A stretch of 64,000 bases of DNA from Aplysia californica (GCF_000002075.1 NW_004797538.1:692299-756298), one strand, 5' to 3'; counted from the stretch's first letter, positions 12,574 to 24,418 are shown. The notes: generated by a model from the sequence alone, not told the origin. Program-made: numbers and translations.

Positions 12574-13455
12574 CTATTTATTTGTAACAATGTTGTATCG
12601 GTTCGCTGTCGAGATCGCGGTCTGTTTGAACGAGAATGACCCCGATTCGACTTAAGCATTTGACTTGTTTTTGTGCTTGGTCTTTACGATGGATCTCTTC
12701 TCTTAAAGTATTCTTTATCTTTGCACTTTTTTAAAGCAAATTGCACTAGATCTCAGGGTTGAAAGAGTGACCTGATAAGGTTAAATCCTTTGAAACGCTG
12801 AAAGAACGAGTGACACAGACAGCTCTCCGCCGCGGCCATTTTTGACAAACGTCGGATGATTGTCGACGAGCTAGCTCTCGTAAAAAGGTTAATATTTACT
12901 GGCATTTCTGGTTTTCTGAAAGGATGATAACGTAAAACGCAAGCCCATCATTATAACTTACGATAATTATAATAAAGGGTCGGTTTCTATCAATTATCTC
13001 TGTGAAATTGTCCAATTTCCATGGTTGTAATTTGACGATGTTGTAAGAAGTGTGCAGCTACACGGGGCAAAACCATAGAAAAACTATGTTTCTACAGAAT
13101 ACAAAGAAATATACTCTCTGAGAAAGTCAGCAAAATTAAGTTTTCTGTCTTAGGAAGTAAAAATGGGAGCGATGCATATCTTATAAATGCATATGTTTTA
13201 ATTTTAAGTGATGTCGATGTGGGAGTGAGCGCATGTTTTAACAATAGAAAAATTTGATTTTCGCACCGTGCGTTTCATCATCTCCAAAAAAAGGAGCAAC
13301 AATACCTTGATTAACCATTTACCTAGGCCTGAATGGCTAGAAACTAACAATTCAGTTAACTGCATTTATTTGTAGCCCGAAGATCTACATGTTCTTGCAC
13401 AGATTCGCAGATCAAACGAAATAGCCGACATCGCCGCAGCCAAAAAAATACGCTG

Positions 13456-13528
13456 TGACGTAGATGCTCTCTCGGACGTCCGCGCGAAGTGGTTATATAC
13501 TGGGGCTCTTGCCGAAATTCGTCATTCA
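13456..13528 (+). promoter_or_regulatory. Histone H1 core promoter
   Basis: TGACGT at 13456-13461, TATATA at 13494-13499, histone-type cap motif TCATTCA at 13522-13528, about 28 bp after the TATA box. Confidence 0.65.
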
Positions 13529-13613
13529 ACACATCGTTACGAAGAGACAAGTCTTCTCTCGTTATAAATTCGTTTGCTTCGCTCGTCGCTAGTTCGCAAT
13601 TTTATCCTCCACA

Positions 13614-14189
13614 ATGTCTGACGCTCCCGCTGCTGCCCCAGCCAAGGCTACCCCCAAGAAGAAGGCTCCCGCCAAGCCTAAAGCCCCCGCAGCCCACCCT
13701 CAGTACAAGGTGATGGTCGCTGCCGCCATCTCTGCACTGAAGGAGCGCGGTGGCTCTTCCCGCCAGGCCATCCTGAAGTATATCATGGCCAACTTCAAGG
13801 TCGGAGATAACCCCACTGCCATCAACGCTCGTCTCAAGACTGCCCTCAGGGCCGGCGTCAAGTCTGGAACCCTGAAGCAAGCCAAGGGAACTGGCGCTGC
13901 TGGCTCTTTCCGTTTGGGAGAGAAGAAAGTAGAGAAAAAACCTGCTAAGAAAGTTGCCAAGAAACCCAAGTCTCCCAAGAAGGCAGCAAAGCCCAAGAAA
14001 GCCGCAGCCAAGAAACCAAAATCTCCCAAGAAGGCTGCCGCCAAGAAACCTGCTGCTAAAAAACCTGCTGCCAAGCCCAAGAAGGCCAAGAGCCCTGCCA
14101 AGAAAGCCGCCAAGCCCAAAACCGCTGCCAAAAAGCCAGCTGCCAAGAAGGCCGCTGCCAAGCCCAAGAAGGCCGCTGCCAAAAAGTAA
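13614..14189 (+). CDS. H1: Histone H1 (H1-delta/'orphon'-like linker histone), intronless, 191 aa
   Basis: Winged-helix globular domain [37 protein letters not shown]...[15 protein letters not shown] with K/A/P-rich tails containing KSPKK motifs. Confidence 0.98.
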   Translation: MSDAPAAAPAKATPKKKAPAKPKAPAAHPQYKVMVAAAISALKERGGSSRQAILKYIMANFKVGDNPTAINARLKTALRAGVKSGTLKQAKGTGAAGSFRLGEKKVEKKPAKKVAKKPKSPKKAAKPKKAAAKKPKSPKKAAAKKPAAKKPAAKPKKAKSPAKKAAKPKTAAKKPAAKKAAAKPKKAAAKK

Positions 14190-14224
14190 GAGCTGGTTTT
14201 TCAAATCCAGCCACATCACAATAC

Positions 14225-14240
14225 GGTCCTTTTCAGGACC
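14225..14240 (+). terminator. Histone mRNA 3' stem-loop (SLBP site)
   Basis: GGTCCT-TTTC-AGGACC followed by ACCCCA, 35 nt after the stop. Purine-rich CAAGATGA downstream is a possible U7 histone downstream element. Confidence 0.95.
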
Positions 14241-14737
14241 ACCCCATTTGTCAAGATGATTGAATCTTCGATCGAAGTTAAAACCAAATTTCGATGCTGC
14301 TCCAGATCTTGATCTATTCTGACTGCCTTCTCTAATTCTAATCTATACACATATGCCTTCGTACTTATTTTCTCTTCTTTGTACGTTGTCCTCTATATAG
14401 ATGTAACTAATCTAGTACATGTAACTGGTTGCATGTAGACCATAGTGCTATGCATCGTGCCTGTTCATGCTTCTGCTTGCACACTTGCACAATACATGTA
14501 CTACTAGTACTGGTTACAGTGCAGTGGTCACCAGTGCTCCATAACTTCCGGGGCATGTATGGGGGACTGCTGCTTTTTCTTTCCTTCCATCCCTACTACT
14601 ACATGTACATGATATGCATGTAGTATGTAGGCTACTTTATATCGTCCTTTTCTTTCTAATTCTTTAACTTTTTCACTCTTGTGAACTAGATCTACATGTA
14701 TTTCCGGAACTTTGTACAGTTGAGCCGAGTTGCAGGA

Positions 14738-15116
14738 GGGGGCTCTCGTTGTACAGTAGCCTACTTGTCTTGTAGCCTACATTATTTTGAGTCTTCTCGC
14801 TCATTCAAAGAGGCCCCTCCGGGTATCAACGGGTAACATTTTCTTTTAAAATTGTCTCCTTTCAGTTTTCACCTTCACCTCCTCCCTTCTCCTATCTCGG
14901 AGAAGGACAAAAAATCTCAGCAGAGGGCTCGTGTACAAATTGTGCACGTTAAAGTTAAAGATGATAGATCCCTTGGTCTAAAATCGATAAAGAGTAGGCT
15001 TCGGCCGCCACCCGAAAATTCACTACTGCATGAATGCACGACCTCAACAGAAAAAGTTCAATATTCCGCGCGCTCATATGACCTTAAGCAGTTGTGGGCG
15101 CCGTAAAACACTAACC
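14738..15116 (+). mobile_element. SINE family 2 copy (degenerate head, internal deletion)
   Basis: GGGGCTCTCGT head, then AAAATTGTCTCC, GTGCACGTTAAAG..GATCCCTTGG and GAGTAGGCTTCGGCCGCC shared with the 8521 copy. Confidence 0.7.
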
Positions 15117-15504
15117 TGTCCCCGTGGTTTTATGCACCCCGCATAATTAAGCAAATTTTAATCTTTTTTTTTCTCATAATTTCTGATTATTTTCTTTTAT
15201 CCTTCTTTGCTACAATTAGCAGAATTGCATAATTTCACACTTTTGGGCTCAGTTTGCATGACTTCAGAATTTTTTTTTGGCATAAAACTAAAACTAAAAC
15301 GACGGGGACAGACTTGCCGTACTCCCCCCCCCCCAAAAAAAAACCCCAAAAAAAACAACATTTAAAAAAAAATTAGACTTGCATTATATCTTATATGTTT
15401 ACATTGTGTTACGTGCATTACATGTATTATATTCGATTTTAGACTTGACCTATGGTCAATGGATCCTATTCATTAAGTGCGCAATTTGCATTTGAGACCT
15501 CCGA

Positions 15505-15906
15505 GATTTTTCACTCTTTTTAGTCCGAGGAGAAGCCTAGATCTAGATCTTTCCTACTACAAATGTAGAAGATCAGGGGTGTGGCTGAAGTGCAAGACAG
15601 CAGTTTAAGTTTAAGGAGCCAAAGAGGAGCAGTAGCAAAGATGCTACACCCTACGTAGGCTGTACTAATACTATCTTTGGCCGTAGAAAGGCTGCAGACT
15701 GCAGAGCAGAAAGAGTCAGGAGCCCAGAGGAGGAGGCAAAGTAAAGGAGGTGGGGGCAGAAAGAGGAGACGAAAGCAGACAGACCATTGTTAGAGAGCAG
15801 GAAAGGAGACAATTTTAGAGAACATTTTTCGGTCACTACCCGGATTCGAACTCGGAACCTTTGGATACGAGGATAACACCTTAACCTCTAGGTCACGAGA
15901 GCCCCC
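15505..15906 (-). mobile_element. SINE family 2 copy
   Basis: Reverse strand reads GGGGCTCTCGTGACCTAGAGGTTAAGG...GAGTTCGAATCCGGG (A and B boxes) followed by the family body. Confidence 0.75.
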
Positions 15907-17235
15907 GTACTATCTATACTACTATACCATGTACATTAGACCTATACTTGGTATCATGTTATTAAGGAATTTTCTAGAATAGAGCTGCAGGTGTTTACAA
16001 AAAAATATTGATCTGTTAAAAAGACACATTGATACAAGTCACTTTGCAAAAGCTGGAGAGTTTATTTTCGATAGAAGTTGAGGAGACATTTGACAATAAG
16101 TAGCGCCACGAATTTTTGACCACTCTGACTTAACTAATTTAAAAAAATCCCAGTCGATGGTTTCTACAGACTAGATCTAGATCTAAAAATCTAGATCTAG
16201 ATTTTTTTAAAATTACAGCTCAGAGCAGACAATATCTTTTACTTTCAAAAGCAAGTCTTTTTTTTTTCTTTCTAATCGCAACATTATGCTTATCCTCTAA
16301 CGTAACAATAGTAACATGTATGTTTATGGAACCAATGGTGCAAAAAATGTGTCCACTATAAAATTATTAATTTCTTGTGAGAAGTTTTGCCACAAAAAAG
16401 TGTCACTGGCGAGTTGTGACGTAGGCCATTTATAATACATGTATATATGCGTAAAATGTGTGCGAGAAACGGGCTTCAAACGGGAAGTGCTGTGAAGTGA
16501 ATAATCATATTATCCGCGTGATGGATATTTATTGTATTTTATAAATTTACAAAGAAAAGTTTTTTATTCGAGCCTCAGTTGTTGTGGAAAATGTGATTAA
16601 GCTAAGACAAATTGATACAAACTGCTGTGCAACGTATGGGTGACACTGATTCACATTAAAAAGAGATATTTGAGGATATTTGCGCCACGATTTTTTTAAC
16701 ACACTATTGTACAAATTTTGTTGTGTAAATATGAGAGAACCCAACACCGATGATAATAAGTACATGTGTGTAGAAGTCTACTCGGTGCTTCAACAACGGG
16801 ACGTCACAAATTTTTTTTCGTAATAATACATTATATTATGTCTAAAATGAATAGGTTTATGTTTTGAAGCAGGGCCTTCAAAGTCGCAACAGAAAATCGT
16901 TCTCCATTTCTCTACAGTTTGACACAGGCAGTAAAACCAACAGCCACTCCTTTTGATATTTGTCCTTCACCCAGGATCATTTCCCTTGTCGATGAAGTGC
17001 CAGATCCGCGTCAGACCACATCCGTGCTACATTGTAATTGTACATATGTATTTAATTTTTGTGTGTACATGTAGTAGATCTAGTATCAGATTACCCCGTT
17101 ATAAGTTCGCCAGTTCCCCATTACCGCCATTAATAACAATGTAACGGGTATGTCTGTATATGTATAGCATAGATAACAAGTTTCCCCGCTTCACCTATCC
17201 ATCCATCTATCCATCCATCAATCCATCCATTCTAA

Positions 17236-17268
<33 letters not shown>

Positions 17269-19273
17269 CCGGAGCGCTACAATACAAAGACACTCTGAAA
17301 ATTCTGAAAAATCTATCTGAAAGTTCCCAACATTCGCCACCATACTGATACTATAGAGAGCCCAGCTTCTGAAAACCCCAGTTGGAGAGCACAGGGCAGC
17401 AATTCTTTACTTCTTGAACTAAAAATGCCGCGAGAACCGCGCAAGTCGCACACCTCTCCTCTCTACGAGTGGAAATGACATTTTTTAGATGCTCAAAATT
17501 AATGGGGCAAGCCCTTATTCGTCTGCAAGATTAAGGTAATTCTAATTGGCCATAGCAGAAGCTAGAATCATCTTAATATTCTTAACCTTTATTCAATGTT
17601 TTCATCTATTTTTAAAAAAATCTCGTCTTGAAATGCAAAAACCGCAAGCCATGTAGATCTAGTTTGACCCCCCACCCCTCAAAATCTTTTTCGCTCTCCG
17701 TATTTCTCTTCTCCTGTGTCTTGTTGAGGAGCCGAATACCTGAAACTGAAAATGAATTATAGTATTAAATGGGGGAGTTATCAATGAAATTAATATGCTG
17801 TTTTTAACCATACAACCCCCCCCCCTCTTTCTATCTATATCTCTCTCTCTGTCTCTCCTCTGTGCCCCCCCACCCCCGTTGGAAGACGAGTCGAGACTGA
17901 TTACAGGAAGGGAAAGGGTAGCCTACGCAAAACAATCCCGGGTTCTAAAACTGCTTGGTCACCGTCCAGGATAGCAACAAAGGGTGAATGTCAGGGTCGT
18001 TTGGAAGACAACACCGGATGTTCCCGTAACGCTGAACTTGAAGTTGAAGAGAAGGTGCATCGATGAACTAACGTAGACCCGGTATCTGAGCCGTTTTCCC
18101 TCGAACTCGAAGTATGACTGTTTCAAACTGTCTGATGTTTAGAATCTAGAGCTGTTTCTCATTTCATCGTACTCCCATTACTTTATTCACACCCACAGTA
18201 AGCAGTTGATAGCTGTTTTCCTGTATCAGTTGGGCCTTCTGTTTTTTTTTGTGCCGGTGGAAACTGGTGTCTTTCACTTTCAATACAAATTTTATGTCTA
18301 GAATCTAGATCTAGTCTAGAGACCTAGAGGCTACCGATCTAGAATCTAGACGTCTATGTTATTATGTTGATTGTTGATATATTGACTTATTTTTATGTCA
18401 TTGTTATTACTTTGTTATTGCCAATATTACCGATACTGTAGTACTAAACTTAGAAAGTGGCTATTCTCACCCGCCCGGAAGTTCTCGCAAGATCAACTCC
18501 TCCCCTCTTCTCTCTCTCTCTGTCTCTTTCTGAATACTGTCTATCGGTGTGGACGATCAAATTGACCAAAACAAAGTTAAAAAATGATGTTAAAACACAA
18601 AAGTAAATTAATTTGGTTGTCTACAAAGATGCTACGGCTATTTAACTTTTCGAATCGAGCCAAACTACGCGGGTCGCCATTTTGCTTTGCCCGGAAATTC
18701 TCGCGCTAGGCTCTCTCTTTCTCTATCTCTCTCCACTGCCCACAGACAAAATTGTACGCTTTTAGTAGGCTACAGTTGTAAAGGAACGTTTGTTCACGGC
18801 ACAGAATTCTACAATTTTTCTGTTATCACAGTGTAGAATTCTGTGGTTTAGGGTGAACGCAAAATTTGGTGAACGTGCACTGGGTGAGAATAGCCACAAG
18901 ACTCGCCTGCACTGTTCTCACTCTGAGTGAGAATAGAGGTGGCCCTAAACTTACTACTTGCTCAAAAGAGAATCTGGCCCCAGGCCGGAGAAAATGACAT
19001 TATAAATGGGCGATCGTTGATTCCCGTTTTTAATTCTGATTTGCGTTAGGGTTAGGGTTAGGCCTTGGGACCAAAGCAAAACTTGCCTGAGGCTATGAAA
19101 AACACAAACCGGAATTAAACGCGGGAATCTGAACAATTGCCTATGAATGAATGTTACAAAAGTTAAGCCAACTATTAGCCTGCTAATTGTTACTGTACTA
19201 CCGGATAGCCTACACTCTACACAACTTGCACAATCTAAACAAGTTAAATTATCTGCTATTCTTTAATTAAATA

Positions 19274-20058
19274 CAGTGGAAACCTGATATAACAGGGATG
19301 GTGGGAGTAGAGAAAATGTCCTGTTATATCCGATCCCTGTTAAATCAGAAATGCAAGGAAAGTAAGCATTTGTGGATTAATCCAGCAGTACTTATTCATG
19401 GGTAGTTGCCCTTGCCACAAGTACCCACGAACAGGGGTTTTGGCACCAACTTTCTCCTTGCCTCCTTAAACCTAAACCACATCAGAAAAGCTTGGTCCAC
19501 AGCATCTGCTTCGGCTAGTCTCATCTTCTTTCGATCCAGAGCAAACTTTCCATTGGAGTATCTTCTCTCTATCCTTGATAATGGTGTGAATCAACCCTTG
19601 TGGAATGTCGAACTGACGACGAATCTCTGCCAGTGTAGCTTGACTTTTTGTCAACAGCCTGGAATATTTCGTATTTTTTGCCAATTGAAAGGCATTTGCT
19701 CTTGCGCTTGACATCGATGGTGACACATTACGCGTGCGTGTTGCTAGGTTTCGGGCTTGATCGAGGTCTGCTGCACACCGCAGCCCTCTCTTGCTTCACA
19801 CGCTGCGTGAGCTCGCAGTGGCATGCCTTGCATGGGCTTGCTCCATCACTGCGTCACTCTATCTCTCTCTCTCTCTTACTTTTTACACATTGTTAACGAG
19901 CCTTTGTCCCTGCTATAACCGGTTGGGCTCCAATGAGGCCCTGTTATAGCCGATAACTTTTAATAGAGACAAAGAGTAGAAAAAAACGGGGATTTTAAAA
20001 ATCCCTGTTATTACCGGATCCCTGTTATTACCGGGCCTGTTATATATGGTTTCCACTG
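19274..20058 (-). mobile_element. Internally deleted pogo/Tigger-like DNA transposon
   Basis: 23-bp TIRs CAGTGGAAACC(TG/AT)ATATAACAGG with TA target duplications at 19272-73 and 20059-60. Frameshifted minus-strand remnant of the HTH-psq/CENP-B N-terminus (EIRRQFDIPQGLIHTIIKDREKI; RKKMRLAEADAVDQAFLMWF). Confidence 0.88.
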
Positions 20059-20079
20059 TACTACATTACTTTTATGTAA

Positions 20080-20325
20080 CCCTATCCGTACGTCGTGTTT
20101 TACTATCATTGTATCCGTACCATGTGGGGAATTCTGTGCCACCACTTTCCATAGAGAGGAATTTACTCATTAATTCGATCCGTACGCTTTGCATAGCAGT
20201 CTGTCAAAATCATTTTTTGAGAAATACTGAAAGTTTCAAAGAAATCTTCGTACCTGAAGTATTCTAAAATGTGAAGAATACAACCCCAGGGGTACAAAAT
20301 TACCCCAGGACATACGGATAGAGGG
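20080..20325. mobile_element. piggyBac-like MITE, opposite orientation to the 23016 copy
   Basis: Ends CCCTATCCGTAC ... TACGGATAGAGGG|TTAA; body homologous to 23016-23251. Confidence 0.75.
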
Positions 20326-20801
20326 TTAATTACTTGAATGAAAAACTGGGGTCTTAGGAAGACGGGGTGCTCCACACTTCCTCGCCTCTCTTCATAAGGG
20401 TCCATTTCAGTGTGGGCAGGTTGATTGTCTCCATCATCAGTTGGTTGTTGCTGGTACTTTTATATAAACATCTAACTTCTAAGCTGATACCTTACCCTTA
20501 CAATTACTATAAATTTAAACTAATTATTTTATTCCCTAAATAAAGAATCTAAGTCAAAATACTTTTTGATCAGATGAAGATCGCAGGAATTACTTGAAAA
20601 AGATCAGATGTAAGTCTTCGTCATTACTTTCTACTCAGATCAAGATCTCCATTCTAGAAGATCTCTCTATGGAGATTTATTCTTATAATGATGTAATTAT
20701 TCATTAGATTGATACAGTTGGTAGGGCTTAGTATTTTATGATATAATAGTGGTAGTTTCCACTTTTGCTGATTCGAGTGTCTGTATGTCTGCTTCTTTTA
20801 G

Positions 20802-20865
20802 GAATCTTAAAACTGACAACTGAACAACGGACAGCTGAAAAGGGAAAGCAAAGGCACACAACAAG
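20802..20865 (+). other. Probable upstream exon of nocturnin (5' UTR or N-terminal extension)
   Basis: Acceptor gcttcttttAG and donor AAG|GTAAAT. A further candidate exon lies at 20574-20609 (donor GTAAGT). Confidence 0.5.
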
Positions 20866-21585
20866 GTAAATCATTGCTTACATATATACTTTAATACTAG
20901 CCTACTTGAATTAACAACATGGGGAAAACCCAAAATCAAATTATACACTATAGGGCTTGACATCATCATTAAAGTAAGGTACTCAGTTCCTCTTGAACTC
21001 TTCACTCTATACAGGGAAAGACTGAAACTTTTCTTTGTAAATATTGGTAGCTCCTGTTGTTCTTCCATTCAGCCTATTATTTATTTCTTCTGTCAGAAAA
21101 GGAAATCTGATGTTGGTTGATAAATACCTAATTCTGTTACCGTGACCCATTCTGTTGGCTGTCATGGTCTAAGAGGTACAGGGTTTGTCTGTCTCTCAGT
21201 TAAAATAAAGATCCCTGGATCAAACATGCTAGAGAAGAAAATATTTTATACTCCAAAATTTTCTCATTTTTCCTCCTTTTCTGTTCCTTAGTTAAGTTAG
21301 TTGTGCTCTGTCATCTGCCTTCCTCTTCACTCTCCCACCCCTCCCCCACCCCCACCCGTCTCCGTCTATGCTCCTCTCTTATTCCTCACTTTTTCTACTG
21401 CTACTACTCCTGACTCCTTATATTTTTTTGTCAGCTGTCTTTCGGCAACACCCCTGATCTTTAGATGGGTAAGATCGAACACCTAACTTTCTTGGATAGG
21501 TGTGAAAAATCTCTGTGTTGTTGTTGTTTTTTTTCCAGACTTCTTAAAAGCTAGCCCACTCTTTTGCTTTTCAGCTTGAGCCAGT

Positions 21586-21793
21586 ATGACTGAGACAAAA
21601 AATTGCCAGCAGGTTCTAGCTGAGATACAAGAGCAGAGTCGGACGTTTGATGGTCCGGCCTTACTAACTCGAAGATTTGTCACTGTGACCAATGGGGCAG
21701 CCACATCTAGTCAGACAGAAACTGCCGAAGCTCCTACACTGGAGAAGGCTGAGGGAGCAGTTCGCATCATGCAGTGGAATGTCCTTGCCCAAG
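21586..21793 (+). CDS. NOCT: Nocturnin (CCR4-like EEP-family NADP(H) 2'-phosphatase), coding exon 1
   Basis: ATG 21586 with in-frame TGA at 21577. Ends VRIMQWNVLAQ (nocturnin MQWNILAQ motif), donor G|GT at 21794, phase 1. Confidence 0.85.
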
Positions 21794-22471
21794 GTTTTTA
21801 TTTTTAAACTAAATTACATGTGTATACTAAATTCTTCCTGATGCACTAAGACAGGCAAGTGAAGAGCTGTGCTATACATGGATACACTGTTTGACTTCTT
21901 GTTCACAGATACATTTTGTGTGTGGCAGCCTAGGGACAAACCAGAATGGGATGCCTTTATCAAAATCGAGCTACTTTTAAGAAAAAAGGATCAATTGTTA
22001 GGCACTGGAAAAATAAAAAGGAAAGCAAATTAATTTTGAATATCTTTTCTTTTTAAATGCAAAAATTTTACTTATAATAGTGTCTTTGAATGAGTTGTTT
22101 TCAATAATTTTGTTTTAACAAGTCCAAAGTTTTTCCTGTACTACCAAACATTGTATTTGTGCCTTTATTGGTTGAAGCTTTTTGATTTCCTTAATAAAAG
22201 ATCATGGAAAATTAGTAGACTGTTGAAGAAATTTTAACGAAAATACACTTGGAATAAAGTTCAAGTATTGATTAATATTTGAAATCAGTTTAAGCTCAGT
22301 AGGTGTTTAGTTTAGTGCTATGTTATTTACTGATTAGCTCACAAGGCATATGTATTCAGGTACAGGTGTGTGATTGATTTTCTGACAGATTTGTTGATTG
22401 TTGTAGACGCCTTTCCTGATTTGACATTTTAAGACCAATTGAAGCAGTTAAGACTGGAAAAGTAAAATATA

Positions 22472-22910
22472 TGTGAGACTGCATGTTGAAATCAGGCTGT
22501 CCTCAAAATAATGAAATAAAAGAAAATGGCATTTTTACCGCCAGTTGGGCAATAGTTATTGAATTTTTGTTGTTTAGCTCAACATAGTTTCTGTCTATTT
22601 AAAAACACATCTTTGGGTGGATTTCACTGAAAAACTTTGATCAGAGATACAAAAATGTAAATTTGCAGTTTCCAAGGTCTCTCAAGCTGTGGAACTTGCC
22701 AAAGTTTGGCAGCCTTTTACACACTAATTTTACCTTTGCTTGCAGTCAACCCCTACCTCCTTTAAATGCAAATAACTCGACTTTTATTCAAGATAGATGG
22801 GTAATTCTTTCACCAAAAGCAAGGCAAATCAAAAAGCTATATAAGGTTAAACCAATGACTCCATGTGTCAAAATATTTACGAGCACCTGTTTCCGCAGTG
22901 CCGTTACACA
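22472..22910 (+). mobile_element. About 435-bp TIR MITE monomer (TGTGAGGC... family), degenerate
   Basis: Termini TGTGAGACTGC..GAAATCAGGC and GAGCACCTGTTTCCGC..TTACACA, TA flanks; homologous to 38526-38961. Confidence 0.6.
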
Positions 22911-23015
22911 TATCTCTTTGCCATAGAATGTACTGTTCACTTACATCTATTTTGCATGGTGAAAAAAAGAAAAAAGATTAAACAGAAAACAAGAAAGTTG
23001 GCTCGAACACTTTAA

Positions 23016-23251
23016 CCCTATCCGTACACCCTGGGTCATTTTGTACCCCCGAGGTTGTATTCTTCACATTTTAGAATACTTTTAGGACAAAGATCTCTTT
23101 GAAACTTTCAGTATTTCTCAAAAAAACATTTTGACAGACTACTATGCAAAGTGTACAGATCGGATAAACGAGTAAATGTCCTCTTTGGAAAGTGGTGACA
23201 CAGTTTCCCACGTCGTATGGATATGATAGAAAGCATGACGTACGGATAGGG
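23016..23251. mobile_element. piggyBac-like MITE in the nocturnin intron
   Basis: TTAA|CCCTATCCGTAC ... GTACGGATAGGG|TTAA: perfect 12-bp TIR and TTAA target duplication. Confidence 0.85.
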
Positions 23252-23340
23252 TTAAGCATCAAGAAGCTTTGTTGTCAGGCTTGAAGTTGGTCTGTCACCT
23301 TGAAATATAATGTAAATCGTTTGAGTGAAAAGATTTGACA

Positions 23341-23510
23341 GGTGGTCTGGTGTGGTTTGCTCCTTCTTTCCTATCAACAAACATCTATCGTCCTTAAATC
23401 TCTTTCCTCCTTCTTTTGTGTGTTTGTTACTCTCTTGTAACACCTCTGTTCTGTGGCATTTATATATGACTATTTTCCTAATTATGTTGTAAGTGCCATA
23501 AAATGCTGAT
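23341..23510 (+). repeat. Dispersed repeat family A (about 170 bp, ACTAAAACTAAA tail; probably a retroposon 3' end)
   Basis: Consensus GGGTGCTCTGGTGTGGTTTGCTCC..TTCCTATCAAACATCTATCGTCCTTATCTC..GTTACTCTCTTGTAACACCTCTAATCTTCGGCAC..GTTGCAAGTGCCGTAAAAC. Copies near 28470, 30383, 37530, 39325 (+) and 43540, 44083, 46950, 54976, 62010, 63955 (-). Confidence 0.85.
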
Positions 23511-23585
23511 CAATTTAATCATAGTGAATGAGAAAACTATTTCCATGAAATCAAAAATGTATATGTTTTTGTTTCCCTGCGCTAG

Positions 23586-24418
23586 GTTTGTGCCTGTGTA
23601 GTGACAGCTTTGTGCTGTGCCCTCCCGCCGCCCTGGATTGGAGTCGGCGGAAGAACTACGTGATGGAGGAGTTGCTTACATACGACCCTGACATCTTCTG
23701 TCTCGAGGAAGTGGATCATTTTGACTTCATCTCTCAATACCTCTCTCCGCTCGGATTCCAGGGTCTGTTCTGTCCCAAACCTGATTCCCCGTGTCTTTAC
23801 GAGGAGAACAACAGTGGCCCAGATGGCTGTGCTGTATTCTGGCGAAAATCGCACTTCTCTCTGACATCTTACGAGAATGTTGTCTTGCGAGATGACCGGG
23901 AAAAAGAAACCAACCAGGTGGCGCTGTTGTGCTGGCTTCGGGGTCTTTACGGTAGCTCCAAGGGCAAAGATATCCTGGTGGTTGCGACTCACTTAAAGTC
24001 AAAGAAAGGCTACTCAGAGCTGAGATATCAACAGGGCAAGTTTTTAGAGCGGGAGTTGATGAAGCAGGCACAGGGGAAGCCTGTTGTACTTTGTGGAGAC
24101 TTCAACGCCGAGCCGGAGGAGAAAGTAATTCAGGTGATTAAGTCCAGCAAGTTGCAGCTGATGAGCACCTACACACTGTTGTCTCCCAGCGGTGCGGAGC
24201 CCGAGTACACCACGTGGAAAGTGCGCAGCGGGAAGCACGGAGAGACGATGGAAGAGTCGTGCCACACGATAGACTACGTCTTTGTCACCAGGAACAACAG
24301 CAAGTGTGTGAAGCTCCTGCAGTTCCCTACGGGTGCGGAGCTGGGAGACGGTTTTTTGCCTTCGTTTTCCTACCCGTCGGACCACCTGTCACTGGTTGCG
24401 GACCTAGTTTTTACCTGA
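23586..24418 (+). CDS. NOCT: Nocturnin, coding exon 2 (346 aa spliced)
   Basis: Acceptor ctAG at 23584-85. Motifs SFVLCPPAALDW, PDIFCLEEVDHF, PKPDSPCLY..NNSGPDGCAVF, VATHLKSKKG, LCGDFNAEP, EPEYTTWKVR, HTIDYVF and YPSDHLSLVADL are diagnostic of nocturnin. Confidence 0.95.

Noticed and set aside
13602-14259. Long antisense and alternate-frame ORFs over H1
   Set aside because: By-products of K/A/P codon repetition in H1; no independent signals.
19045-19062. (TTAGGG)3 telomere-like repeat
   Set aside because: Only about three units inside a small inverted-repeat element; not a telomere or fusion site.
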